A DNA stretch of 64,000 bases from Schizochytrium sp. TIO01 (taxonomy: Eukaryota > Protista > Bigyra: Labyrinthulomycetes): NCBI GenBank assembly GCA_004764695.1, contig SMSO01000037.1, positions 4,378,747 through 4,442,746 of the forward strand, given 5' to 3'. The notes under the pieces were generated by a model, which searched no databases, was not told the origin of the DNA, and saw only the letters and a program-made list of their open reading frames with translations. Made by a program: the position numbers and the translations under genes. Each line of letters starts with the position of its first letter. Position 1 is the first letter of the stretch. Shown here in pieces: positions 11,716 to 24,670 of the stretch.

Positions 11716-14700
11716 TTTGCGTCTGTGCCAAAAAGGGTCTTCAATCTTCCGACCGTAACCTCCCCAGAGACTTTCTCTGACGGGTTTTGAAAACCTTCTG
11801 CTAGCCGCCTTGGCTTGTCCAGATACAAAATAACGAACAGTCCTTTTGACCACTGATCACTGCCTCAAATGTGTATGTCTTTGATTTGTCTCGATTACCT
11901 CCAATGCAAATGCCTGAGATGTCTGCAAGGCGGTACTTTCTTTGAATTAAATGTTTGCAAAAGTCTCAAAGTTGCTCACGGGAAGGAAAGAGAAGAGAAG
12001 AGGCACGGGCCCAGACAAAAGCTTGCAAGCAATCTCACTCTTCAGGGGTTAGCGTCCCGCCCGTAGACTTGAAGAGCGAGGTATCAGATACCGCCTTGCC
12101 ACGCCTAGTTCTGCCAGGACTAGGTAGTCCGTGTTGCAGCGTTTGCTTGGTCGCCAGATGATCGAGTTGTTCTTTTGCAGCTGCAACTCCTTTCTGACCC
12201 CGTATCATGCATGTCAATTTGTGCATGTATTCATACTACTGCTACTTAGCACTACTAATAAATCATGTAGTATTGGGCGACCTTATAGTAAGTAGTACTA
12301 CTAGTCCAGTGCTGATAGGGTTTACTATGGGTCCCAGTAGGATTGCGAGGCACAGACCAGCGTGGAAAAAGCACCGGAAATCAGTGGGAAATGGATTCCA
12401 AAGGTTCAACTTAGCTGATGACATAAAAGTCCGTGCGCATCCTTATAATCTTTATATGAGGACAGTGAACAGGAAGCGATCAGGAACATGGGTGTCTGAG
12501 AACCTAAAGGCTGCAGAACACTTAGAGCGCCTCGTTCTTGAACAGCCTCTGACAATATTCCCCAAAGTCAATACTATTAAAAAAACAAAGCTTACTTCGC
12601 AGCTGCTAACTACTTCTCAAACCCTTTCAGCTTTTTTATTAAAATCACGGTACTCCAAGACTGTGCAACCCTTTGTATTTAGGTAATTGGGCAAAACCTC
12701 AAGTTAAAGCTAAGCTTTCATACCGGGAACAGCGCGAGGCACAGGATGTAGAACCTGCACATATACTGTATTGAATATAGAAGCAAAGAACCTCTCTTTG
12801 TTGAATGGGAATGTATGGCTTTGAATACAATGTAAAACTGATCATGATCTGCAGGACAAGTTGGGCATGGCCCTAGACTCGGACAAAGAAAGTTTAGTCT
12901 ACCTGAGTATGTATTCTCTAGCAAAAGTTTGCAAGCACTACTAGCCTGCAGGCTTTAGACGAGATGATGCTGATCAATAAAAATTAAACGGATATTACCT
13001 TCAGATAAGTGGTTGAATAAAACAAAGACGTAAGGGAGATGCTTCAAGTATCCCCCACCTTGCATCTTTTCACAAAGCGCTCTATGTAAAATAATCGATT
13101 GAAAACCATGCAATCAGTGCTTAGATATGGAAGTTCCTTGTCATCATTTTATTTACACCAAGAAACTGCATATTCATAGCGCCCCGCACCCCAAAATAAC
13201 ACGATGGACAGACTGTGGTTCTATTCTAAAAGGTAAAATTAGAATACTGAACCAGAACAAAAGAGTTTTATAGAGAAAGAAAGCCTCTAAGTAATTCTTA
13301 ATACATGAAACAAGAGGGAAAGCAAAGCTGCACTTCATTTTTGTGACATTTCCAAGTCCTTCCAAAGACCCTTGAGAGTAGAACATACAATACATTCTGT
13401 TGTAAAATACAAGCCAAAGTCAACTTAAGTAGATTATGTGCGTAAGTAAATTGTGGACTACGCATGTGTGCCAAAGAGGCAATAAAATGGGGCAACAATT
13501 GACTTTCTGTCATAGCGCAAGTCTTCTTTACAATCGATATTATGCATGTTGAAGTAAGTAATGAATTGTTTGCACTAACTTAGTTTTTTGGATAGTCCGA
13601 ATGTACACGTGTTGTTGAGTTCGAAATGTTTTGTTGGATCTAAATTTAAGATCGTAAGCTCTTAGATAGAAAGGCTCTTTATAGTCGATCTCAGAGTTCG
13701 TATCGGAAGCAGAATAACGAGCTAAATTATTATCGAGTCTTACTACGCAGTGACTTTTGGTTAGATGTTGTGCATAAGATTTTAAATCATCCCTGCGAGA
13801 AAGGCGCATTGCTCCTCTTGAATGTAAGGGCCCGTCAGCCAATCGACGAAGCACCCATCAAATCATCCGACTTTTGGTTTATTATGTTGCTGCCATATTC
13901 CAAAAGCAAGAACAGGAGTCCTTTAGACGAACCGCTGATTCCTCTAAACCATCGTTTCTCTATTCTCTAGGTAAAAATGTATATTACATTCCTTTTGGGG
14001 AATCAGTTCGGAAAGAGATCCGTTGGCATGTAGAACCGTCAACTTTTCCAACAAAAGCAGCTATATACTCTGCGAGCTGCCTCAAGAGCACAATAGAATG
14101 GGCATTAAAGTAACCTGCACACAATTTAAGGAGGGAAGACAAATGAAGAGAACGATCAACAAATAAGGTTTTTCAACATCTTTTTGTTTTGCTTTTTGTA
14201 CAGTTCACGACTTCTTTGCGTTCCCCTCCTATCTATTCTATTACTCGCTCCCCCCCTACATATAAGCAATTCGCACGTGCTCTTCATAAGCTTTGAAATT
14301 GCGGGCAATTGGAAGCGAAAGGTTCAACTCTTGCAAAACGTGCACTCTCGGGTGGTTTTACTGGAATTAGGCCCTAGGTTGTACTGGTCGCTTTCAAATA
14401 TAACGTTTTGCCTATACATTGCTTAATTAAAATTTGTACAATGCTAGTAATAATAAATAGAACATATCCATATATTATACATAAGTCTCATACACTATCT
14501 CGTTTACGAAAAGAAGTGGAAGCAGGAAGGTCGCGTCGTTAAGAGTCAACATTGCGAGTTTCACTTTCAATTCATTTCACTGGTTGAGATTGTTCATGAT
14601 CTCGGACTGTAAGTAATACTCAAATATCAAACTGTAAATTCCTTGCTAGCAAGATAAAATAGAGGCAATATCAATCGATATGATCTCCGTGGAGTTGCGG

Positions 14701-15935
14701 GTTTAGTTACACTGCTGAGACCTTTTCACACAGGAAGATAGAATACTTGCACAATGTGTGTTTTCGCTCGCTCTTTGCAATGTTGTGATGCTGCAACATC
14801 TCGTTACAACCTTGCTTCACTTTGAAACGCCAACATTCATTGCCGCCCTTCTTTCAATAAAGAACCTGTAATCGCTATGCTGAGACTGGTACTGCTAGAG
14901 CAAAGCAAAAAAACGGAAGGAGTCAATGCTAGCATGTACGCTGCGTTCTATGAAGATGGAGAGGACGCTGCGATTGGTACGGTGCTCATCTTTTAGACTT
15001 TATTTTTTCCTGCTGGGCCAACACTTCTGTTTGCGGCTAATGTTATTTTTATTTATTATTTATTTTCTAATATTAAAGAATAGAGACGAAAACTTTCCAA
15101 CGCATACACATACTGTTTTCACTAGTTATCATATTATTGGAACATACACTCCCAATCATCTCGTTCCGATTACTGTTGACCATATCCTGACAAATATCGT
15201 CTTTTTCCCTAGCTAGCTCGCATTGGGGGCGTAAGTTTTTTTGTTTTTTTTTAATGCTGGGTTCTTTTGAACATTGTGTTCAATGTAATCAACATTTTCG
15301 GTCTGTCGTTTCGTTAAGAATGATTTAAGTTAATTAGTCGTGCAAATCGCACACCTGTTGGAAAGCAACCTCATTTTCACTAAATGTATATGCAATTTTC
15401 AAGAATACTATAATGATGAAAACTTCTAATACTAGATACACTACCTACTCCCAGGTACGGGGGTTGATTTATTAAAGGGCAAAAATAGATAAATGAAACA
15501 TATAGTCTCCAGGTAGTATTTCTTTCAGAAGGAGGGAACATCAATGTGGACGTGGCTTCAACATCCTAACATCCTGCAGGACTGAACATTACTTATAGTT
15601 CTACTCATTGCACTCAGAATAGTTCAATAAACTCGACAAAGCGTCGCTTGCAAGTGAAGGTGGACGCGAGACTAAGGGGTCGCAGAACCCTGCCTCTGGT
15701 CCAAAGGCGGAGGTTTCGCGGCATGGCCTGGCAACACGGTTGTGCTCAGAGCCTGCAATTTTAATTTTTTTCGAGGGAAATTGCGCGCTTTTACTTCTTA
15801 CTCGGAGCAATCTATGTACTTGGAGACCCTGACTAAAGCACTCGCGAGATCGTCCAGCAAAGGAAATAAATCGTACAGTAAATCGGTCGTAGATTTTCAA
15901 GATTATTGTGACAAACAAAGATACGCACAAAAAAT

Positions 15936-18900
15936 ATGTCTCGTGTGCCAATGCCATTAGATGTTACACCAGAATTAGAGGAATCAAACCCATCTATCAC
16001 ATTGCCTGAACGATTAAGCATAATTGAAGATAAGGATGTTGACGAAGATGGCCTCCAATGCGGAAACCGAGGCTCTTTAGAATCACTTCATGATGTATCA
16101 GAAGTTTCAGGAAAAGACGGAGAGGAGAACATGCTAAATTTCCAAGATATTGAGGCCCATGGTCGTACATCCTCTTTGTCGATTGGTTCACGCAAATTCC
16201 CAACAACGATTTCCCTTGGGTCTAACTATTCACGAGGCGGTAGTACTACTGGCTCAATCAACAATCGATATAATATGCGCACTGGATTTCGAACGAATTT
16301 TGCTCGGGTTGCTCCACATTCTTCACTTCGTGATTCAGACTTATCATCATTTGGACGTCGCGTCACTTCGTCAGCGAGAAGTACGATTGGAGCTGTCTTT
16401 GAATCAACACGCAAGCAAGGACCACTGACAATGTATAAACGTGGGAATGCACGGTGGCCCTGCCTTGGTGCACTTGGTTTATATGCCTTTGATGATCCAA
16501 AGGTGGAGAAGAGGTTTCAGCAGCTTCAATTTAAGAATTCAACCAAGAGCCTCCAATTTGCTATGGTTGCTGTTAGTATCTTTAGTATTGTTGCCATGCT
16601 TCATGGCTCGCTCTCTACACCTAATCATGTAACAGTAGCATCAAAGGTGTGGGTCATATCAGGATTATCTCTTGGCAGCCTTCTTATGGTAAATGTTTTC
16701 TTTTTTTACTGTTGCGAAAACGACCAGTTTTAGTTGCTGCTCACCTTAGATCCATAGTGATACTCGTTTCTATTCTTCAAATCATTGGAGTTACCTTCTT
16801 AGATGTACAACGAGTAGAATGGCTCCGTAGCTGCTCAAACCTTTCTTTTGAAGAGATGTCTGATCTATGTCGAGGCCTAGGCGGTCCTCGTACTCTTGAT
16901 TCGCTTTCACGTTCTATTGAAATTATCCTCCTCGGTATAAATATCTCACATACCGATGTATTTAGTACCCTCCTTTCATTTTCGATTGCAATCGCAGCGT
17001 TCATGATTGTTTCCTTCGTATGTTATGATGTTTTAGATATCCTCAGCCTATTGTCCATGATTGGGGTCGCATTGGTATCTCTTATGAGTGCTGTCCAGGG
17101 TGAACTTCGTCTTCGCACTTTATTTGATCGTACAATCTTAACACAAGAGGCTTTGAGAAGAAATCGAAAACTCAGAGCGTCATTTGATCGGCATGTGGAT
17201 AATGAAAGAACTTTGTTTGAGCATACACAAATTCTCTCTCAGGAGAATCGAGAGCTTCGGAGAAAGGCAGCTAAACAAAATACAGACTTCCATGAAAGTC
17301 AATGCATTGAGCTGGAAGCACCCTTGATTGGAGTCATTAATGACTTACGGGATGTTCTTGGAGAAGTACGACAGAAAAATAATCATTTGTTAGCCGGAAT
17401 TCTTGAGAAAGCGATTCATCGTTTGCAAACAAAAGAGTTAGGTGACATTGATATTTCTCGTGAGACTCGTCAATCAGAGCGCCTGGATGCAAAGACAAAG
17501 GAGTGGCTTAGCTCAGCAACAAGTGGATGGGAGCAGCAGCGTACACGGAACCGTCGAGAGAATTTGCAATCAAGTGACCTATTGCCACGCGGAGATCGTA
17601 GCAGTATCAGCAACGGAGCTGGCTCTTATCATTATATACCGAGTGCAAACTCAGATTCCCACACCACTCCGATTTCTCCAGCCAATAAAACAAGTGAACT
17701 CGAACTTCATGAGAAGTCAAATAAAAGTGCTGACTCTAGCACACCAAACGCAGAGGCAGAGAAGACTAATTTTATAGACCCGTTAGTGGCGCTTGATGTG
17801 GACAATGATGAACATAAAGAATCGCTACTCGAGTCTCTACGACAGGTTCGTGCTTCACAGTTCTTATATGACGAGAGGCGCGCTCATTCGACCAAACCCA
17901 CCCAGGGAAATGACGAGACTAAAGACTACAGCATGTATAAATCAATGGCTGGAGTTCCTCCGGAAATTCTTCCCCAAAACCTGGATAAGATTGGAACTTT
18001 GTTGCAGGACTTTGGTTCTTGGAATGACTTCAATGTACTGGAGTTGACTGATCTTACGCTTTTTCCTTTGACCACAGTAGTCGACTATGCAATTGGCCAA
18101 GAGGGAACTCTAAATGCTGTGGACGTGAGTTACTCACGTCTTATTAACTTTTGCCAGTTTATCGATACAACATATAGTTATGGACAAAGCATTAGCCATT
18201 CTGAGGAAGATCTCGCGAGGCTTCGCAACCCATACCATAATAATCATCATGCTGCGGATGTGGTACAGTCTTTGTATTGTTTTCTAAATCATGGTGATTT
18301 GTACAAGGACATCGCGCCAGTTGATAGGTTTGCTTGTATTATGGCTGCTGCAATGCACGATTACCATCACCCTGGACGTACGAACCAATTCCTTGTCTCT
18401 CAGGGGCACCCTATCGCAATTCAACATAATGACCAAAGCCCGAATGAACGCTTTCACCTTGCTGAAGCATTTCGCGTGCTGCAAGAAGAAAACATGAACT
18501 TTTTATTGCGATTACCACAAAAGTTACGTCTTGAGATTCGACAGACCATTATTGATCTCGTCTTAGCTACCGACCTTGCTCAAACGATGCAATACTTATC
18601 CCGTTTTCAGCTCTTTATGGCAACTCAAAGAGAAAAGGGTTTACTCTCAAACAGTCTAGGGTCATCGTTGGCTACTGTGGCAGAGGAGCCTGAACTTAAG
18701 GTGGTAAATCACGGAGGCAAATCGTACGACTCAATACAATCATCAGGAAGTTCTCTTCTAGAGTCTGACGAGTGCATATTGCTGATGCAGGTGGCGCTGA
18801 AGGTTGCAGACATTAGCCATCCGTGCAAACCGTTGCATCTCCACTTAGAGTGGAGTAACCGCATTCAGAAAGAATTTTTCTTGCAAGGAGATATACAGAA

Positions 18901-19189
18901 GGCAGCTGGTCTGAGTGTCGATCCATTGTGCGACCGCGACAACATTGACCCTAACAAGGCACAATGCGGTTTTATTGACTTTGTTTGTCGACCTCTGGTG
19001 CAACCTTTTGCAGAAGTTATTGACATGCCATGCTTGGTGGATAATTTAACGAAGAACTATCGATTCTGGTCAAAACGAGATGCTGAGTCACGCGCAATGG
19101 GTCCTAAAGGTTGGACTCGAGGGTCATTCACCCTGCGGCGGAAGTCTACTACTAATTCAAATCCTCCATCACCGAAGAGCGAAGATTGA
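15936..19189 (+). CDS. Multi-pass membrane 3',5'-cyclic nucleotide phosphodiesterase (class I), split into two overlapping ORFs by a 1-nt frameshift near 16700
   Basis: PDEase_I motifs PYHNNHHAADV, HDYHHPGRTN, LATD, KVADISHP, EFFLQGD, QCGFI. ORF1 (15936-16733) ends in TM helices and ORF2 (16649-19189, no usable ATG near its start) continues them. Confidence 0.9.
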
Positions 19190-19851
19190 GGCTGTATGCA
19201 AACTTTCACTCGATGATATATCAAAGGTTACCAGAGAAGATACAAGGTACTGAGCTGAGTTTTTAATTGGATCATTTTGTGTTTCCATGAGGTTAAAGGG
19301 GAAAACTTCTACTTTGAGAACATAATATGTATTTGATGAGTTCGGGTCGCCTCAAAGAAACTCTGGAGGTGAAATTAAATCAGCAATTCGTTTATTGATA
19401 TATGTAAACTTCTACGAGATCCTCTTTGGTATATTATTTTTAAAAAATAAAGGAAGAAATATCAAAGAAAAATTATTTATGACTTTAAATTTGAACAGAG
19501 TTCTACGTGCTAACCAGACAACTCGTTACTAGGTGCAAAAAGAGAGTTAGCGTAGGCTTGGCAATCTTAACCATCTAGGCAGACCTCAGCACCTAATGAG
19601 GTGTTGAAGTGCATGTGTAAAGCCCTTATATAACTTTCCTATGAAGAAACAGTTTGAGGAAAAATTTACATATTTATAAAATGATATGGGCATGCTGCAA
19701 AAGACTCCAGTAAAGACATATTGAATCTATTCTTGCCATTAAAAAAAAAACATTGCAAGAAAGCAGATTCGAAAGGTGCAGAATATCACGCCCAACAGCT
19801 TTGCCTTTTGACCGAATCTTACACGCATTTATCCCAGAAACAAAGTTGATT

Positions 19852-20784
19852 TTATGAGAAATCATCCGCAGGTATATCCAAACGAAGTATTGGAAGGCCG
19901 TCTGGGCCAAATGGCGCTGATTCGTCCTCTATTCCCTGCTGTGACACTTCGTCATGTGACCTTGAGCCTTGAAGACCAAATTCTGGACGTTCTGAGCCCG
20001 AGCTTCCATGTGTTACTGCAAGACTATTTGTCTTGGGGTTAACATTAAAGGAAATGCTTGTATACCTCCGGGGTTTGAGCCGTTTTAAGCCAATCGATTG
20101 AAGTTTGTCTTCAAGCTCAAGCCAGTAGTCAACAGGTTCGCGGCCTTGAATTATCTCCTCTTCCTGATCAATATCTTGACACACCATGGCCAATTCCTCG
20201 AGGAAGTGAATGACAGAGATGTATTTTGGCATTTGCGCCACGCTATAGAGATCTCTTAGGCGGTCAGCCTTACTGGGGAGCAATGAACATATAATTTCAA
20301 GCAAATCTTTCGCAGCGTATACCGGCAGCAAGACGATGCGGTTTGGCACTTCTGGACGTCGCAGTTTTTTCCCAGGAGCTCCTCTATCAAATTGAACACT
20401 TCCGTCACCAGACGAAATCAATCCTCCGGGACCATAAAATTTCACAGCCTCACCATCGTCATCTGCGTCAAAGTCCTCGCCTTCTTCTACTTCTGCGTTG
20501 TCGCCTTCTAGTGCGTTGTCGCCTTCTTCTGCTCCTGCTCCTGCGCCTTGGGTCTGAACTTGCTGAGGCGTCTGAGATTGATGCAATTGAGTAGAGGACA
20601 CACCAGACGCATCGGCAGTCGCAGGTTCTGAAGTTTTGCACTCGGCTGCGCTGTTCGAGACCTCAATGCGGGACTCCTGCGTGTCTTCGTCAAACTCAGA
20701 GAATTCGAATTCCTTCTCGCAAAACATTTGGTGCTGCTGAAGCACTCTTTGCAAGAGCCTGCTGCGCCTCAAGGTCTCGTTCAT
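19852..20784 (-). CDS. Hypothetical protein, acidic N-half, central helical domain possibly RST-like
   Basis: 310-aa ATG-started ORF with host-like codon use; family call weak. Confidence 0.75.
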   Translation of the reverse strand: MNETLRRSRLLQRVLQQHQMFCEKEFEFSEFDEDTQESRIEVSNSAAECKTSEPATADASGVSSTQLHQSQTPQQVQTQGAGAGAEEGDNALEGDNAEVEEGEDFDADDDGEAVKFYGPGGLISSGDGSVQFDRGAPGKKLRRPEVPNRIVLLPVYAAKDLLEIICSLLPSKADRLRDLYSVAQMPKYISVIHFLEELAMVCQDIDQEEEIIQGREPVDYWLELEDKLQSIGLKRLKPRRYTSISFNVNPKTNSLAVTHGSSGSERPEFGLQGSRSHDEVSQQGIEDESAPFGPDGLPILRLDIPADDFS

Positions 20785-22045
20785 CTGCTTGAGTAGGTGG
20801 CCATGGTGGGGTGGCGGAAGACTCCATGGCTTCAGTTCGCAAAATATGTGGGCGTCACGAGTTTATGGACTGATTGATTGATTGACTTAACAACGAATTC
20901 AGGTTAGATTTTTTCTTGAAAAAGTAGTGTTAAAAGACTCTTGAGAGTGTAGTCCAATATTGGCGATTGAGGGATTTTGTACGGAGGATAGAGGAATGTA
21001 ATTGCCAAGGCAGGAGAGGCGTATAAAAAGGGTGCCTGTTTTTATTGTAGAAAGGAATTTGGGCTGAGGTGACCTCAGCAGTATCAGTTTTTAAAGTTAA
21101 ACACAACAAAAATGCAGGCAATATATATTGGGTTTTATTTAGCCAGTCTTTTTGAGATCAACGACTGTATTAAAAAACTGAAATATTTAAAAGATGTCAT
21201 CTCCTCATGTCTTGGCCGCCAGGAGAATCTTCGAGGAAATTGGTGACGTCAGGGTCCCTGCGAAACTTATGGTATGGGCCTATTGACTTATTTGAAATTT
21301 GCCTACATGTAAGGTAGTTCATTAAAAAAATGCTATGCCTTGGGGTTCTTCAATTGATTGTTCACTCGGTTTTAAGATGAATAAGATCTCGAGTGCCTAT
21401 ATTGACCAGAACAAATTCCCCATTTTTCTCTCGTACCTTGAGAATTGCTATATTCCAACATGCAAGAGGAAGCAGGAAATCATTTCAAGCAGCAATTCTG
21501 ATTCTTATATTTCTTCAAAGTTAAGTCCTCTCGAAGATCAATATAGACTAACTTCTTGTTTAATTGTTGTTCCTCAATCATTTGTCAAAGTTAAGCTTAA
21601 GTTGTTAAGGTTCTTGAAGTACTGCAAATAGATTGTGACTGCTCTGTTTTGGCAGTTGATGGCAAAAGGAAAATGTATTTTTCTCTTGTTGTGTCAAGCT
21701 CTTGCGACATTTCTACTGTCTATTATGTAGGCACGGAGTGATATGCCTTTGACTTGGATTTTTACCTGAGCGAAAGGATTAATAGAAGTAGCGAGAGTGT
21801 TATGTATGCGATCAAGATAGCACTAAGTCGCCAAGTAGAAGTCGCTATCTGGTGATCACTGTAGGTAGTAGGTAGTACCTTCTAGGATCTACCTAGATAG
21901 CATGAAATGATGTGAAAGCACAAAGAACAGTAACTATACTACTCGCATTGGGCGTGGCATTGACGATCTTACGAGCTCGGTTTGACGCTCTATTTCATCA
22001 TTGGACGGGCTAAAGGAGCACCTCTAGGCAGGTGTCACAGCCACG

Positions 22046-24670
22046 ATGGATCGCATGAAGACGCTGCTGGAGTCCTACTATGGCGTAGGCTCCAGCAGAG
22101 ATGAGGATCCAAGTCTTGCGACCAACCTGGACTCTGCCAGTTTTGACAAGGAAAGCTATGTTAAAGACCGCTTGGAGAAATCTAGTTTCGCAGAGCTTCT
22201 ACGCATGGATGACTCCCTTGTGCACGAGGTCCGTACACTTGATGCTGACGTGCAGCTCCTGGTGTACGACAACTACTCTAAATTCATTGATGCCACAGAT
22301 ACGATTCGCAGCATGAAGGACAAGATCAACGAAATCGAGACAGAGGTAGACGCTTTGGCTTCTCGTGTAGAAAATGTGCATAACAAAACCTTAGAGGTTA
22401 ATGAGCGTATGCGGCCGAAACGGTCTCGCATCGAGAAGCTGGTGCGGCTGCAAAGTTTGATCCAGAAATTAAACTTTCTTTTCGAGCTACCGCTTCGGCT
22501 CCGACAGTGCATAGAGATGGATGCAGCAAGCCAGGCAGTGCAATACTACCAACGTGCAGTTCCAATCCTGCAAAAACACGCTGAGGTTACATCCTTCGCA
22601 GCGATTCAAAAAGAATCTGAGGAAATTATTCTGCAGCTGCGCTCCCGTCTACGAGACAAAATCAACGAGCCGTCGCTTACATTTGACAGCTTTAACGAGA
22701 GTCTTTCATTGCTGATTGAGCTGTCTGAAGGCTCCAATTTTCTCCCTTCATCATCGTCTGAAACTTTGGACAAGGACTCGTTGCGGGACATGTTTTTTGT
22801 ATGGCATGAGAGACATTTTGACAATCAGATTAAACGAACGCTTGAACTTCAATCAAACCTTGGGCTGGAAGGTTTTGTAGCAGAAATCTGCTCTCGCGTC
22901 TTGGACGATTTGCGCTCAGTTTGCCAAATGTACAAACGGCTCTTCTGCTTGGGTGAGGATAACGAGGAGGAAGCTATTTTGCAACTCCGTGGATTTGCGA
23001 AACCTGTTCTGTCCCGTTTCTTGAACACAGTGCGGTCTCGCCTTGTCGCAGATGATGTAATGTATGGAGGCGCGTTAGAAGGCGACGCAGGTACCTTGGA
23101 AAATGATTCTAAGACGCTACAACGCTCTGGGAACACGAAGAAAGATGCAGGGCAGTTTAGCATTTTGTTAGGGGCGCTAGACGTGTTTGTCCGTCATATG
23201 CGAGAGTCAGACCTGAGTGGTGTTGTGCGACCTAGTTTTTTTCGCGATCGAGCCACGGAGGTTGCTGAGCACGTGATCCGTAACCAAGTAGTATTGGCGT
23301 TTGACCAGCTACATGCTAACGTAAATAGACGCCTTATCGCACTGTATGATGCTCATGTTCACAAGGAGAAAATGTTGCATGCATCTCCTATGCTTCGTGC
23401 CAAGGAGCTGGCTGCCGAAATCGAATCTGATATCGCCCAGACGATGATGGACCTTGATGCGTTGCTGCGTGCTTGCTCTGATCTCCTGGCGGACATGTCG
23501 GCAATATTTGATAATTTGATTAAATTTCAATTGCGGTCTTGGGTACTTGGACTGGCGAATGCTATTGAGTGTGTTTGCGATCCATTTCACCCCGCACGTC
23601 GTTCGCTAAGTGAGCAGGGCAAAATCGCTCTTTGTGCAAACTCTATTGATGGATTACATGGGGGTGAGTCATACAGTAGTCATGCACCCAGTATTGGACG
23701 AGGCAGTCGAAGCATGGCACCAGAACGGACGAAGATTCTTGTAGACATTCCCGTACGTCCTGGTGACGAACCCGGTGCATTGTTAGATCTTGCTTGTCTT
23801 GCTTTGCAAATTCGAATGTATGTCCGGCGTTGCCCGTACGCAATCGCTGGTGCACCCGAGTTGATGAATGAATTGGACGCGACGAAGGGCCGGCTCATGC
23901 TTGCATACGTTGAGGTTAATTCGGAAATTCTTTCGAGTGACTTTGGCTGGATTGCATCCTCCAGCGCAAGCGATTCTTCCAAAGAGCTCTCAGTTCGACC
24001 TTTCATTGTGGGGATTGTTGATGGCGTGAACAAATGTAGCAAACAAGTTGCTTTGTGCACTCAAGATGATCATCTTTTTGGTCCACGTAGAACTGAGAGT
24101 GGAATTGCTTCAGGTCATGGCGCCTTTGGTGGATCTGGGTCTACTGATTTTGACTCTGATATGCTAGGTCAGTCTGGACGCTTTATGCGTTCTGCTGGCC
24201 AAGGAGGTGCAAACTCAGGCGTACACAAAGATATTGAACGCATGTTTACGCGGAAGGTGACCTTGTATGAGCATGTGCAGCTCAACGTGGAATCGGTCGC
24301 ACTTAACTTGCTCAAGGTAGTACTAAAGACTCTTTTTGAGATCACTCGTGAGTCAACATTCTCGAGGACAGCTTTCCAACAGTTCGAAATTGACCTGTAC
24401 TTTTTGCGTTCCACCATGCCAACTCTTGTAGAGGATGTTGAGCTTCCCTCCACTCAACTTACCCAGATTATGGCAGCTTCACGGGACCGTTGTGTAGACC
24501 CAGTCCCCTTAGCACAAGACGTAATCGACCGTGCTTGTCGCGCATCTCGTTCAGCACTTCGTGCCCAGTCAGAGGAAAGCGAGGCAGCTAAAGCCGCAAC
24601 AGGAAAAGACGCCTCAGAATCTGAGGGGAATTTGAAAGAACCTGAAACTCAACACGAACAATTTGAGTAG
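22046..24670 (+). CDS. VPS51: GARP/EARP complex subunit Vps51 (Ang2)
   Basis: N-terminal LESYYG…NLDSASFD…EVRTLDADVQLLVYDNYSKFIDATDTIRSMK; KLNFLFELP; C-terminal TFSRTAFQQFEID…RCVDPVPL. Confidence 0.93.
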   Translation: MDRMKTLLESYYGVGSSRDEDPSLATNLDSASFDKESYVKDRLEKSSFAELLRMDDSLVHEVRTLDADVQLLVYDNYSKFIDATDTIRSMKDKINEIETEVDALASRVENVHNKTLEVNERMRPKRSRIEKLVRLQSLIQKLNFLFELPLRLRQCIEMDAASQAVQYYQRAVPILQKHAEVTSFAAIQKESEEIILQLRSRLRDKINEPSLTFDSFNESLSLLIELSEGSNFLPSSSSETLDKDSLRDMFFVWHERHFDNQIKRTLELQSNLGLEGFVAEICSRVLDDLRSVCQMYKRLFCLGEDNEEEAILQLRGFAKPVLSRFLNTVRSRLVADDVMYGGALEGDAGTLENDSKTLQRSGNTKKDAGQFSILLGALDVFVRHMRESDLSGVVRPSFFRDRATEVAEHVIRNQVVLAFDQLHANVNRRLIALYDAHVHKEKMLHASPMLRAKELAAEIESDIAQTMMDLDALLRACSDLLADMSAIFDNLIKFQLRSWVLGLANAIECVCDPFHPARRSLSEQGKIALCANSIDGLHGGESYSSHAPSIGRGSRSMAPERTKILVDIPVRPGDEPGALLDLACLALQIRMYVRRCPYAIAGAPELMNELDATKGRLMLAYVEVNSEILSSDFGWIASSSASDSSKELSVRPFIVGIVDGVNKCSKQVALCTQDDHLFGPRRTESGIASGHGAFGGSGSTDFDSDMLGQSGRFMRSAGQGGANSGVHKDIERMFTRKVTLYEHVQLNVESVALNLLKVVLKTLFEITRESTFSRTAFQQFEIDLYFLRSTMPTLVEDVELPSTQLTQIMAASRDRCVDPVPLAQDVIDRACRASRSALRAQSEESEAAKAATGKDASESEGNLKEPETQHEQFE

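Noticed and set aside
12207-12686. 159-aa plus-strand ORF in the divergent promoter region
   Set aside because: No recognisable motifs, atypical composition, overlaps the TAG-rich promoter tract
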